DNA from: Eledone cirrhosa
Taxonomy: Eukaryota
Direction: 5' to 3'
NCBI GenBank assembly: GCA_964016885.1
Contig: OZ024743.1
Location: 347,200,001 to 347,264,000 of the forward strand
Length of the DNA: 64,000 nucleotides
Part shown: positions 1 through 13,263 of the stretch, one piece after another
Layout of the letters: each line of letters opens with the position of its first letter
How positions within the stretch are numbered: the stretch's first letter is position 1
Made by a program: the position numbers and the translations under genes
The notes under the pieces: generated by a model
The model's input: only the letters and a program-made list of their open reading frames with translations
Databases searched by the model: none
Told to the model about the DNA's origin: nothing

Positions 1-586
1 TGCACTATTTATCATTGTAAGTGACATATTTATCCGCGACGGTTCGCTCGATTTGTGCCTACACAAGTGAAACTGATGGAATAGTAGACAGCTTAGACAT
101 TAAAGAATAATCGTAACAATCCGCTATGAAAAATGAGATCAAACCGTTTCGAGGAATCATAAATTTTAAGGCCAATTAGATGCACCATCTGCACATGATC
201 TATGGATTGTTAATTCAAATATATTCTCTCTTCATCGTGTATCTCGTATCCGGATTCTTTGTCTTCTCTCTAAGTCAAATCAACATTTTTATCTGGCTCT
301 TTCTCCCTAATTTCCTATATCTTTACATGCCTACTTTATTCTCTCTATCTATATGATTTCGCTTTATCCCCTCTCTCTCTCTCACTTTCTCTATTGTTGC
401 TTGTGTGTGTGCTTCTTCTTTCATTTCTCTTTCCTTCATGCCTTTCTCTCTCAACACACACATATACACGCACACAGGCGCATACACAGACACAGACATA
501 TATATATATATTTATATACGTGTGTCAGTTGAAAAGTTCATAGGTTGACCAAAATATTCTCATTGAATTACTAAATGAGGTTTATT

Positions 587-1454
587 AGGTTAACTTTGCC
601 TTTCATCCTTACGGGGTCGATACAATAAAGTACCAGTAATGTACTGGGTCATTGCTGGCCTTGTGCCAATAGTAGAAACAATTATTTAATATTTCCCCGA
701 AAAAAAGCAATGCAGATATTATTAGTCATAATAATTGTTTCTACGTTAGACACAAGGCCAGCAAATAACCCAGTGTATTACTGGTACTTTATTTTATCGA
801 ACCCGTAAGGATGAAAGGAAAAGTCATTAGTCATAATAATGATTTCTAGTATAGGCAGAGCCCAGCATTTTGGGAGGAGAGGAAAGTCGATTAAATCGAC
901 GCCAGTGCATTAATGGTATTTTATTTTTCGACCCCGTAAGAATGAAAGGCATAGTTAACCTAGGCGGAATTTGAACTTAGACTTTAAAGGGACGTAACTC
1001 TATGCTGCTAAGCATGGTGTCTGACGCTCTACCGATACTGCCAATCCACCGAAATAATAATAATGGTTACTTATATAGGCACAAGGCCAGCAATTTTGGG
1101 GAGGGAAAAGTCGATTTAATCGTCCCAAGTGCATTACTGGTACTTTATTTTATCGACCCCGTAAGGATGAAAGGCAAAGTTAACCTCGGCGGAATTTGAA
1201 CTCAGACCGTAAAGGGGCGTAACTCTATGCTGCAAAACACGGTGTCTGATACTCCACCGATACTGCCAATCCACCGAAATAATAGTAATAATATATACCA
1301 CGTCTCACCCTCTCCTGGTTTTAGTTATATTGTCATTTTTCATGCACATTATATTTTATTAACTTTGCCTTTCATCCTTACGGGGTCGATAACATAAAGT
1401 ACCACTAATACACTGGGTAATTGCTGGCCTTGTGCCAAAAGTAGAAATAATTAT
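587..1454. mobile_element. Cluster of five full/partial tRNA-derived SINE copies (587-686 +, 731-826 -, 833-1050 -, 1058-1277 -, 1358-1454 +)
   Basis: Shared core GGTTAACTTTGCCTTTCATCCTTACGGGGTCGATAAAATAAAGTACCAGT in both orientations. The full copies carry the tRNA-like head. Confidence 0.9.
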
Positions 1455-2970
1455 ATTTTACTCTCTTGATATTCGTATATCTCATTCTAACTGTTTACAT
1501 TTTCCAAAACTTTCTTATGCTATCTAGACAGGAGAGAAGAGAGGTGCCTACAACTAGTTTCAGATAGATGGGACAGAGGTAAATAGAATGTATTTTCGAT
1601 CGGGAGACCAAGTTCGAATACTTGAATGTATCTACACTGCTAATGTCATACAAATGCCAGGTATTGGACTTAAACCGGATAATAGATTTAATCTGCTATT
1701 CAAGTAGATCGCAGTGTGTTTTAAATTCAGAACGCAACGTGCCGGAAAAAATGGTATGATTAATAATCGATTTTTAGAATTTTCCCATATATACTGGGCC
1801 AATGAGGTTGAGCCACTTTTTTTTTCTTCATCCTAAAAGAGTGCCTCTATTTTAAAGACCTAGCTCGTTGTCCAAAACAGAAAATCTGAGATTCTTTCTA
1901 CCTGCCCATATACAAGTTCCCAGTCTTTGTGTTGGGGTATGCGTGAAATTATTTAATTCATATTTTCGTGAATTAGTACGTGCCATATAGGCGTTTTAAC
2001 TATAAACCTCAATTTAATAGCAACTAAGTGGTTTGCTTTAATTAGTCCTTTATGCAATGCACAAGCCTCCCTTCCAATGTGTATTTACATTTATACAATG
2101 ATGCAATAAGGATATATGAACATATATTCTTATAAAGTTGCGCTAGCGACATGGACAAGTTACATTATACATCCTTTTTTCGAAAGAGATTTATATGGTC
2201 ATATAGGAGTTAAAAAATCACATTACTTACGTAATCCATAGTAAAAATATGCTTGCTTTAAACACCTCCCTAAACCAACACCACTAATTATACGGTGATC
2301 TTTAATTCATTAACTAATATAATTGTAAATAGGCACTCTGTAATGCAGGGCAAAAATTAAAAGGGCTATTTACGACAAGAATCACCGCTAAGTTTAACGT
2401 CACCACGACTCGGTTTGAATTTGCCGCGAGAAATCGGAAATTTGAAAGCCTGGTATTGCCAAAATAATATGATGTCCTCTACTTCTGAGCTCCATTTATA
2501 TAGGAACGGGGAGGCTAATTACTGTTGTTGGTATTTTTGCTTCGCGTGTGTTAGTTTTTAAAGAGTTGGTTTTGCATTCGTGATGTTCCGAGTTCAATTC
2601 ACACACCGAGTGATGCGTTGTGTCCTTGAACAAGACACTTTATTTCCGTTGCGCATTCTGCCAGAAGTTGCGAATGGTAGATAGTATCAGCAATAGAAAG
2701 ACAAATGGAAACAAAAATTCCCTTGGTTCGATTTGATGAGGTCCACCCCACTCTCCAAGCGAATGGGCTCTGGGATCAGAGAAAGAGCGAGCTTCGCTTC
2801 CTACTTTTTGCTTTTCTCTCTATGTATATTGTTTAACTACCACCAAATGAACATTCTTCTAACAACTACGATAAATAGTAATATTATAAATAATTATGTT
2901 GTACTGTCTTTTACATATTTACAACTTTGAACCTCTACTATGCTTCGCTTTCGTTATTAGTTATATACAT

Positions 2971-3158
2971 CGGGTGGTTGATTGGCAGTATCGGTAGAGG
3001 GTCGGACGCCATGCTTTCTCGCATAGAGTTACGTCCCTTTATGATCTGAGTTCAAATCCCGCCGAGGTTAACTTTGCCTTTCATCCTTACGGGGTCGATA
3101 AAATAAAGTACCAGTAATGTGCTGGATAATTGCTGGCCTTGTGCCTAAAGTAGAAACA
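2971..3158 (+). mobile_element. Full-length tRNA-derived SINE with target-site duplication
   Basis: A-box-like TGGCAGTATCGG, B-box GAGTTCAAATCCC, Nin/Deu-like core CTTTCATCCTTACGGGGTCGATAAAAT. TSD GTTATTAGTTATATRCAT at 2953-2970 and 3159-3176. Confidence 0.9.
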
Positions 3159-3557
3159 GTTATTAGTTATATGCATACTAATGTCCAGCGTTTGATACTG
3201 CTTATATTCAAGAAATTTGTATTTGCTTAAATTCAATCACTTTTAATAATTCCTGGTGAGATGTATTGCGTTTTGGGTAAATAATTTTAAATTAACCGTT
3301 TCTGTTTAATTTGTTGTTTACATATGCATGTACTATTATCACGTGTATAGAAACGAACGCAGATATTTAAAAAAAATGGATTTAATATGATAACCTTGTA
3401 TCTTGATAACCTATATATTCTCGTCGTTACTTTCACCCTTGCAAGACTTACCTCTACTATCTCTTCTTATTTACCAGTCTTGAGAATTTTATAATATATG
3501 TTCATATACTCGTTTCGTTGTAATAATCACAGAACACGTTTTTTCAGTATATATATA

Positions 3558-3832
3558 TGTATTGTTATACTTGGGGAGGGTCATATTTGTGTAATATTGC
3601 CAGAATTAATAACAGAACACACTCACTGTTTGGTTGGTTTTCGCTTTTCGCTTCTGTGTCTTTTATATCGGTAATCTAATTTATTCGGTCCTCAATGTTG
3701 CCACTGACTGACCAACGGTAAAAAATAATACAGATACAATATAGACACAAACACATATATATATAGTTTATCAAAGTTCTTTCGTTGCACATCTGCAACA
3801 TCGTCAGTGGTGCTATTGTTTCCTCCCATTAC

Positions 3833-3836
<4 letters not shown>
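3558..3836 (-). mobile_element. Penelope-like 3' terminal fragment, diverged relative of the 33/36/58 kb family
   Basis: Terminus TATTGTTATACTTGGGGAGGGTCAT matches that family. Contains an HHR and is flanked by (TA)n. Confidence 0.65.
3771..3810 (-). ncRNA. Minimal type-I hammerhead ribozyme
   Basis: Minus strand: CA CTGACGA T GTTGCA GATG TGCAAC GAAA GAAC TT TG. Stem II is 6 bp; stem I is short. Confidence 0.7.
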
Positions 3837-3907
<71 letters not shown>

Positions 3908-3909
<2 letters not shown>

Positions 3910-4441
3910 TTCCGGGGGCTGGTCGGGCTATTTTACTACATGAACGTAACATTATGCAGTACCACGCTTAAATATGTACGAACGTAAGGGCAAAGGAGCT
4001 CTTAAGAGTCAATGGCAATCCAAAATCACTGGGAGAGATGACCCCTTAGCCTTTGTCAAGGCAGAATTCTAGGAGAAGGAAAACTCTGATATAACACCTG
4101 CAACCCTGATGGTATCCAATGATGTTGACTTGTTCTTCTTTTTGGTAAATATCATCTTGGTTAAGAGAGTGGGACTGGCTTTGTGCAGTGCCTTTGCTCA
4201 CTATAAAAGCTTCACGGCACAGGCATTGCTTTATATCTGGAGATCTCTCTGCACTTGTCGTCACATGGTACCATGGGCCCAGCACTATGTGTCAATAATT
4301 GTCACAGGTGTAGTGTTTGTACCAGAGTTTTCAAGTCTCTGGCTAGACTAAAAAGTCACACTCGTTCAGCGCATCGGTAGGGGTTCTCCTACATGGATAT
4401 AAAGTAGTGGCCGTACTCGAAAACGAGTTGGCAGCCACCAT
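3908..4441 (+). mobile_element. Non-autonomous RTE-related retroelement (copy 1)
   Basis: Near-identical to 52458-52868. Contains CTAGGAGAAGGAAAACTCTGA, a motif typical of RTE 5' UTRs. Ends GGCAGCCACCAT followed by (GTAT)n and is non-coding. Confidence 0.65.
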
Positions 4442-5635
4442 GTATGTATGTACGGATGAGTGGATGGATGGATGGATGGACGGACGGTTTATATATATAT
4501 CTTCATGGATTTTAAATGTTGATATTACGTAAGCTATACAAGCATCAACGTCCCATTCTTATCACTGCCCTCGTAATCAACATAAACCGCAACAGCCACC
4601 ACACTCTTTTTCATCATTTTCATCATCATCATCATTCATATCATCATCATCATCACCACCACCATTATCATCATCTTCTTGTTGTGTTGGTATATTCGGT
4701 ATAATAGTATTGTTTATTGAGCTTATTATTGTTTTGTTAACAGCAACCCTCCATCTCGTCTCGTGATGTAATATTATGCATCACATTGAAATATGGACCG
4801 GGCACATACTATCAAATCCAATGGTTACTCTTCTCAGACTTGGATCTCGATACATATGTAGTGTATGCATTTATATTGAGGGGATACGAATGTATGTATG
4901 TATGTATGTGTGTATGTATGTATGTATGTATGTATGTATGTATGTATGTATGTATGTATGTATGTATCTGTTTATCTATTTACCTATCTATTTAAGTATC
5001 TTGTGCGCCCTTGTGGCAAATAAAGAAATATATCTATGTATATATGACTGTCTATATACGCATCTATCTATCCATCCATTTGTCTATATATCTGTCCGAC
5101 CTAAATCCTTCTATCCATCTATATTCATCCATCAACCCGCCTATCTCTCTAGATACCAGCCTATGTATGTACGCATTTACGTATGTATGTACGTATATAT
5201 GTATGTATATATCTATCTATCTATCTATCTATCTATTTATCTACAGCTACCAACCTTCTTATCCCACTCTCAAACACTCATTCAGAAAATTATCTAGCGT
5301 CTGTCTTCTTATTCCAACTCCACTACAAACTGCCACACTTCTCATTCTACATACCAAAACCTCCCTCCCACCAATATCTTACCGTCATATTTCATTTCAA
5401 TTACTGCTCAGCAGGACCCTAACTCTACGTTACCATAACAACATTACCGTAGTGTGTGTCCATTGACTCTTTTTACATCTCCTATTTAACCTCATTCGCT
5501 AAACACGAGGAAACACTTAATATCGCAACAGTGGGTGGGGCCTTTGCTTTACGTCGCTCATATCTGTTTGTGTGTAAGTCTATATAACATTTGTAGAGAT
5601 ACATTCATTCATATATATATATATCTATCTATATC

Positions 5636-5756
<121 letters not shown>

Positions 5757-6099
5757 AAGGTGTACGTGTATGTGTGTGTTATGTTCGTGTATATGTGTGG
5801 GTGTCTGTGTATCTGTTTATATATGTTTGAATCTATGTATTATTCATCCATCTCCCCTATTCTCTCTGCTTATATATGCATATATATATATATATGCGAA
5901 GCTACATGTATTGAGCTTTATCTTTCTTAGAGCATGTCGTACCTAGTGCTACTGCCTATACAAATGTAGGTTTACTTACGTCTGAGAAGGTCTGTATACA
6001 ATGCAATCGTAAAGGCCGTTTCAAAACGTATTTAATGAGAGAGAGCGTCTTGCGATGTAGCCTTTACATCATCCCTATGTAATCTAATATTTATTGTGA

Positions 6100-6830
6100 A
6101 ATATTTCTTACTGAAGGTCATGGAAGCAGAGAAAATAGACACGCCTTCCAGAGGATCCTATAAGAAGCAAACGTTTCGAAATTATTCGGTTGGATCTCGA
6201 ATCGAGACAAACCCAGCTCATGGATTTCATTCAACCATCTTGCTACTGATATAAATATAGGTCTCCAGCGATTCTTTCCTAAGATATTTTAACCATATAT
6301 TCGTAGTACCGGAGCTGCAGTCTCTGGATTCAGAGTAGTAGTGGCTCTATCTGGAGCGACTCAGAATCTATGTGTTACGCACACAATCGAGTAACGTTAC
6401 TCCAAAACTTTTCGGATGAACTCCATTTCGGTCGCTTGTATTCGTGATTGTATATTTTGGTCATTACACAAGATTCATTGCCATAAGTAGGATTGAACAC
6501 CTAATGGAAGAGATTGGCTTTTACAACTCTGTGCTTCTTCTGATAACCGAATGCGCATTACTAAACTAGCTCCAACAATTCTTCGATGTTATTCAGCCAC
6601 CTTCCTTCCTTTAAAACAGCCCCGATCAATGAACTTTCCGTGCCTCAGTCTCACTGCACGCACATGTTGAGAGCAATGCGTAGGCTTTCTGATTTTAATA
6701 CCTAACGCATTTGGCAGCAAACCTCTGCATTTCACGTCTGTGATCAACTTCCAATGAGATAAGTAGCACCATGTCGTCTGCAAATTCCAGTCGACAGATC
6801 TTACACCCATCGGTTTTTATACCCAGCTCG
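6100..6830 (-). mobile_element. Decayed RTE-clade (Expander/REX3-like) LINE fragment
   Basis: Minus-strand translation PTYGNESCVMT.../SRIQATEMEF matches the RTE post-RT motif LTYGxExWVMT...RIQAxEMxFLR; frameshifted. Confidence 0.65.
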
Positions 6831-7685
6831 GGTTCTCAATAACGACCATGAGCAGGATCCATTAAAATAATATGTATGCAGGCTTGTGTGTGTGTGTGTG
6901 TTAGTGAATGTGTATATGCGTACTCCCTCGCAAACATATACCCATATTCATATATATATATATAATGTTTGTATGTATTCGTGCATACATACATAATAAT
7001 GCATGGCCTTATGTGTGTAGGGGAGTGTGTAACAGGAAAATTACACACTTCATTGGGATCACTACACTTAATATTGGTGACAGCCAGATTAACTATGCAC
7101 GTCTGTGACAGAAATCTGTTACAATTTCAAAGTATTTCCTGACTCCTTGACAACTAACTTCAAATTAGTTTGCGCTCTGTTTTCACTGATACTTATCCTA
7201 TAAACGCCTTGTTTACAGGAATGCTCACAATTGAATTGTGTTGTGTGCCTTTATATGCTCGACACACACTCATATATATGTATACGCACACAACAACACA
7301 TTCTCTCGCTCACACACACACATGCCATTATGTAGTTGTCCTCTCTTGTTTTTTTAGTTCTAATCAACTTGTGTCTACTCGATTATATGCTTTGTAGGTT
7401 AAATATAAAATCCTTTTTAAACATATATGTGTGAATGAATTCGTTACCTCGTTGACTCGTCTTAAAGCTAGGTTTCGTATTGTGTAGGGAAATGCGTGTC
7501 CTAACTCGTTTATGAATCTATATGAGCATGAGTGTGTATATGTAAATGTATGTGAGTGTGTGTGTACGCATATTCCTCACATATGAATATATACAATGAT
7601 TTTGCGTATTACATCATAAGTAGACTACATGGCGATGTGTATATTTGTATCGCTACCTATGTATGTATGTATATATATATATATA

Positions 7686-7737
<52 letters not shown>

Positions 7738-7740
<3 letters not shown>

Positions 7741-8448
7741 TTCAAAAGAACAAACAAACAACCGCATGAGTCAATTGTACATAGTTGTATAAGGATCATG
7801 CTTGTTGAGAGTGTGGGAGGTTTCGATGTTTCAGACATAAGTCCTTCATCCAGAAAGTACAGAGAAATTCCGAGAGGGATTGGGGAGTGTAGTAAGGAGG
7901 AATGTTAACAAGAACACGAAAAGAAGGGAAAAATAAATAGAATTTAAAAAATAAGTGAAAATAAAGAGGATGGGAGGGGTTTACAGGTCCGGGAGGGCAA
8001 GGGTGTGGTAGTGTGTATAGGGTTAGTAGAGAGAAAGGATGCGGGAAGCAAGAAAATCAGAGCCCGGACTGGGTAGGTGGAAGGAAAGGTGTGTGTGTGT
8101 ATGTAAGTATGACAGTCTGGAAGGAATCGTGTGTATGAATGTATGGTTTGAAATAACATTGTGTGTGTATTGGGTGGAGTGTATGTTAGTCCATGTATAG
8201 TCCCTGTATGGATGTTGGTGTGTGTGTGTGTGTGTGGATGGAGGGGGCCAGATGGTATGAGAACGTGTCAAATCTGGAGGTGGTGTGGGGTGAAGTGTGG
8301 GTGTATATGCAGATGTGTGTGTGTGGTTAAAAGAAGGAGATGCGTGGTTCGTCTGTAGGTAATGTGGGTTCGTCTCAGGTGCGTAGTTGTGTATGTGCGG
8401 AAATGGTGCAAGTGTCTATTTGCGTCTATGTTTCTGTATGGATGTTGA

Positions 8449-8488
<40 letters not shown>

Positions 8489-8670
8489 GATGGTAAACAT
8501 TGAGGGTACAGTGGGTAGATTTCAACGTGAAGTTAATACCAAGTTTGAGCAAGAGAGAAATGACTATGCGGAAGTGAAAATGGCAGTGCGGCGTGCGCAA
8601 CCGTAAGTGGTCAAGTCGAAAGAGTGGGAGGAGAGGGTGATGATAGCAGGACAATGTGTAAGAGGGGAGG
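7738..8670 (-). mobile_element. Probable Penelope-like 3' fragment
   Basis: Variant HHR near its 3' end, followed by a ~80 nt tail into (CA)n/(TA)n. Bounded by microsatellites; coding similarity is weak. Confidence 0.45.
7821..7856 (-). ncRNA. Variant minimal hammerhead ribozyme
   Basis: Minus: TTTC TGGATGA A GGAC TTAT GTCT GAAA CA TC GAAA. Stem I TTTC/GAAA, stem II GGAC/GTCT; the core deviates from CTGATGA. Confidence 0.55.
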
Positions 8671-8678
8671 AGGAGGAG

Positions 8679-8709
<31 letters not shown>

Positions 8710-8789
8710 CGTGTGTGTGTATTCGGGTTTGTGTGTATGTGTGTGCGTGCGTGTGTTTATATATAGACACATACGTACATACTTACATC

Positions 8790-10372
8790 TGGTCATCTGT
8801 TTTCTCCAGCTTCACAGCAACGAGTCATCTTGCTCTTCGCTCTTTCTCTTTTCTAGCAAGGGTCGGTGTTTGAAGCTAGTTTGTGCCATACCTGCACATG
8901 TCATCTTTTAGTGCGTGTCTTCTCTGGCATATTCTTTGCTATGATTTCTCACCAGCAGTCAATAATGGCATTGCAGTTCCGGCTGGTAATATTCCCCCAG
9001 CTGCTCTTGATGATAAGACCAAGGTGTTTGGCCTTATGTTTCGAAGCACTTCTTCGTTTGTGATCTTGACTTGCCATCTAATGCCCTAATGCCCAGGCTC
9101 TGTCGGAGGCATCTTTGTTGGAAAGTATCAACCTGTTTTTCAGTTCTGGCGATACTCTTTCATGTGTCAATATCATAGCTTTTTATTGAGATAACAATTG
9201 ACGAGAATAACCTCAATTTTGTTTGTGATGTGAGCTTCTTTGATTAATATATTGACTGGAAATGGTAGAATAATCCAGCACCTTTGTTTTATATCAGCTT
9301 CAGTATTGCCATCTGCAGTCTAAACCCTACCAACATATATGTTGAACTTATTGACTGAAACTTTATATACTTTACTGCAGGCAACCTTCTACCTTTTTCT
9401 TTGGGATATATTTACTCTCAAGCCAACTTTTCAGTTGTTTCAACTGAATATATGTCATTGTAAACATTTCTGTGCAATTGTTGGTGAGAATGCAAGTCAC
9501 CAGCAAAGTTTAAATCCGCCAATTTTTCTCTTCCCCATTTTAAGCCATGTCCACAGGTATCCAATAATTTTCTCAGAATCTAAGCCCAGATTATCAAGAA
9601 AAAGAATGGGGCAAGGGTGAAACTCAGTAAATCCTGATTCTGTTTTTACACAGCAAATTTATTGTTGATAAAATGATTTTAAAATGTTGATGTTGCGATC
9701 TACGACATCATAGACCTGCGGGAACTTCCAGAGTGACTGGTGGTGTACACTACCAAAGGCTTTTTTGAAGTCAATATAATTTATCTCTACTGGGGTTCAA
9801 TACTCCAGTGACAGCTTGATGGTGTTCCTTAGTGTGAATATTTGTTCATTGCATGATCTTCCTTTTCGAAATCCTGCCTGTTTACTTCTAAGTTTATGAT
9901 CCAGTTCCTTTTCAAAAGCAGCCAACCATGTTTTTTCGGGCCATAATTAGAAGCGTCATACCACGTCACTAGACACAATCAGCCAGTACTCCATTCTAAT
10001 GGATTGTGAATATATATTATTTTGACCATTCAGTATGTAGTTGTCTCTCCTGCATTTCAGAACACCATTCCGATTTCGGTCAGCTTTTCTACGGGGGCAT
10101 CTACACCGTGTTTTAAGAGCTCAGCAGGTATGGAGCCTAATCAGAGAATTTGTTATCACTCGGCATGGATTGCCTTGTTATATCGTTGAAGAGTAACTCT
10201 GAATTACTGGCGTAATTTGTTCATGTTATCCTCATGCACTAAAGTTGGTGTTGGCCTTGGGTGGTTTAGCACTTCGCTGAAAAGTTCCATTCCTCATTTT
10301 GACTGTTCTTCCTGTGTCATGCGCAGCCAACCATTTTTGTCCTTAATTGGAACAATTTTATTACAGTTGTTA
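8790..10372 (-). mobile_element. Decayed 5'-truncated RTE-clade LINE
   Basis: Minus-strand motifs VPIKDKNG..TQEEQ, LRSKQAGFRKGRSCNEQIFTLRN, YIDFKKAFGSVHH, LADLNFAGDL; multiple stops and frameshifts. Confidence 0.85.
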
Positions 10373-10379
10373 GAATTTT

Positions 10380-12848
10380 TCAGGTTTGGACAGCTTGAAG
10401 GGAAAGAAAGAGGCAACGGCTTGATCCCTGAGGCGGAACAAACTAAAACATTCTGGAGAGGAATATGGGAGCAGGATGTTAAACATACTGACCAGGCAGT
10501 GTGGATTGAGACAGTACAGAAGGAGATTAGTGAACAGGCACACCAACAAACTGATTTGAGTATCACAGTTGAAACTGTTAAGGGGCAGGCCAAAAAACTA
10601 ACCAACTGGAAATCACCAGTCCCAGATGGTGTGCAGGGGTATTGGATTAAAAATATAACATCCATCCACCCGAAACTGACAACCATGTTCAATGACTGCT
10701 TGATGTCAGGTGAGGTACCAGAGTGGTTGACAAAAGGTACCACAGTTCTGATAATGAAAGACCGAATCAAGGGTAATGATGTTACCAACTATAGACCTAT
10801 CACATGTCTGTCCGTAATGTGGAAACTGTTGACAAGCATTATGTCTGAGGAAATCTACCATCACCTCCACACAAACAACTTGTTACCGGACGAACAGAAA
10901 GGATGCCGAAAGAAGTCATGTGGTACAAAGGACCAGTTACTTATTGATAAGATGGTAATGAGGAATTGCAAGAGGAGACACACTGGTCTTGCCATGGGAT
11001 GGATAGACTGCAAAAAGGCATTTGACATGGTGCCTCATTCTTGGATCACCAAAAGCCTGGAGATCTTCAAGGTGGCAGATAACATCAGACAGTTGTTGGG
11101 CAAAAGTATGAAGTCCTGGGAAACAGAGTTAACATCAACTGGAGAATCCTTGGGAAGCGTGAAGATCAAGAGAGGTATCTTCCAGGGAGATAGTCTGTCC
11201 CCTCTGTTGTTTGTCCTTGCCCTGATGCCCCTGACTAGTGTACTGCGAAAAGTGAGAGCAGGATACAGGTTGGGAAAGGGAGGGCTTACCATCAATCACC
11301 TCCTCTTCATGGACGATCTTAAGCTCTTCGGGAAGAGTGAGAAGGAGTTGGATGTGCTTGTTGACACTGTCCGTATTTTCAGCAGTGATATATGTATGCA
11401 ATTTGGTATTAGTAAGTGTGGAGTCATTGTGATGAAGAGGGGTAAGTTGAGCAGAAGTAACGGAATCCAGGTACCAACAGGTGAGATGATAAAGGAAATT
11501 GACACTGAAGAAGGATACAAGTATTTGGGCGTTCTGGAGGCTGATGACATCAAGAACAAAAAAATGAAGGAATTGATAAGAACTGAATACATTCGGAGAA
11601 TAAGGAGCGTGTTAAAGTCACACCTGAACAGTAGGAATGCCATAAGTGCAGTAAATTCCCGAGCTGTATCTATTATTAGGTACAGTGCGGGAATTCTGAG
11701 ATGGAATGTTGCTGAACAAAAAGAAATGGATGGGAAGACTAGGAAGCTATTGACTATCTACAACATGTTCCACAAGAGGAGTGATGTCGATAGACTCTAC
11801 TTAAGGAGATCTGAAGGTGGAAGAGGTCTTATCAGCATAGAGGACTGTGTTCAGATGGAGAAAAACAACCTACACAAATACGTGACTGATAGTAAGGAGC
11901 CAATGCTCAGAACTGTACTGAAGGAGGGGACAATAAGCCAGGGGATGTCCAAGGTGGAAATAACATCAAGGATAAAGAGCAGCCTTCAGGAAAAATCCCT
12001 TCATAGTACCTTCTTTGAGAAAACTGAATTTAGAGATCCACAGACATGGAACTGGTTAAAAAGAGGAGACCTTAAAAAGGCTACAGAAGGAATGTTAATG
12101 GCTGCGCAGGAGCAGGCCCTCAAAACGAAGTGGTTGAAACACCATATTTACAAGGAGGAGGCTAGCCCACTGTGCAAGATCTGTGGAGAGAGAGAGGAGA
12201 CTGTGGCTCACATTGTATCCGAGTGTAAACACCAGGCGCAGACTCACTATAAAGGCTGGAGACATTATGTGATGGGCAGGGTGATCCACTGGCACCTATG
12301 CAAAGTAAACAATTTACCACATTCTGAGAAGTGGTATGAGCATAAGCCAGAGGCGGTGATAGAAAACGATCAGGTGAAGGTGCTGTGGGATTTTAGGATA
12401 CAGACGGACAAGAAACTTGAACACAATAGACCTGACCTGGTGGTTGTGGACAAAGAAAAAAGATCGTCCCTGATTGTGGATGTGGCCTGCCCATTCGACA
12501 CGAGAGTGCAAGAGAAGGAGAGGGAGAAAATTAACCGATACCAGGACTTAAAGTGGGAGGTTAAAAGGATTTGGAACTGCCATGAAGTCAAAGTGATCCC
12601 GATTGTCATAGGCGCACTAGGGACTATCTCAAAAAGTTTCCAGGGATGATTAAAGAAAATTGGCCCCTTCACGCTTTTTGGAACGCTTCAAAAGGCATGC
12701 TTGCTGGGAACAGCAAGAACCCTCCGATACGTCCTGAATATCTGAGGCTGCAGGTAGTGGCTTGATATTCATTTCAACAAACTTTCCAGTTAAATAACAT
12801 CAATGACTGAGACTCAAAGAGTAATAACAACAATAATAATAATAATAA
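10380..12848 (+). mobile_element. 5'-truncated R4/Dong-type RLE non-LTR retrotransposon
   Basis: RT + CCHC + RLE ORF, ~100 nt 3' UTR and (TAA)n tail at 12822-12848. Confidence 0.92.
10385..12745 (+). pseudogene. RT / zinc-knuckle / restriction-like endonuclease ORF of the R4/Dong-type LINE (5'-truncated, one premature TGA at 12647-12649)
   Basis: NYRPITCLS, EQKGCR, WIDCKKAFDMVPH, GIFQGDSLSP, LLFMDDLKL, YKYLG, GGRGL, CKICGEREETVAHIVSEC, RPDLVV..DVACP..EKINRYQDL, IPIVIGALG. Past the TGA the frame continues to LQKACLLGTARTLRYVLNI*. Confidence 0.9.
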
Positions 12849-13040
12849 GGATGGTTAAAGAAAATTGTCCCGCCCCGCTTTTTGGAACACTTCAAAAGGC
12901 ATGATTGCTGGGAACAGCAAGAACCCTCCGATACGTCCTGAATATCTGAGGCTGCAGGTAGTGGCTTGATATTCATCTCAACAAACTTTCCAGTTAAATA
13001 ACATCAATGACTGAGACTCAAAGAACAACAATAATATAAT
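12849..13040 (+). mobile_element. Second, ~190-bp 3'-end copy of the same R4/Dong-type LINE
   Basis: Repeats 12644-12848 with several substitutions and has its own (TAA)n tail. Confidence 0.9.
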
Positions 13041-13263
13041 GTTCTATTTCAGAGCTCCTACAGTTTGGAAGAGAGGCTGCCTGCAAGTGTATGGACACAT
13101 GATCGTGCGCATTCTGGCAAGAGAATGGAGGATGTGCGACATGACTTCACTGCAAGATTCGGCAAACCAGCTCCTCCAAAGAGGGCGCCACTGCGATGGG
13201 AACATAAACTGTTTCTCATTACTTTTTTGGTAGGGTGTTACAAGACTTTCCGACCACCCTGTA
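13041..13263 (+). mobile_element. Internally deleted Tc1/mariner-type DNA transposon remnant (one end)
   Basis: YSLEERL..SVW...DVRHDFTARFGKPAPPKRAPLRWEHKLF resembles a transposase N-terminal HTH. Ends in TIR-like GACTTTCCGACCACCCTG followed by TA. Confidence 0.6.

Noticed and set aside
517-586. Mariner-like TIR TACGTGTGTCAGTTGAAAAGTTCATAGG
   Set aside because: No partner TIR or transposase sequence found; cannot be delimited.
2971-3070. tRNA genes
   Set aside because: The A/B boxes belong to SINE heads, there is no complete cloverleaf, and they are always followed by the SINE body.
10217-10379. N-terminus of the 810-aa ORF as a real start
   Set aside because: It is antisense RTE sequence; the LINE is 5'-truncated and the start codon is TTG.
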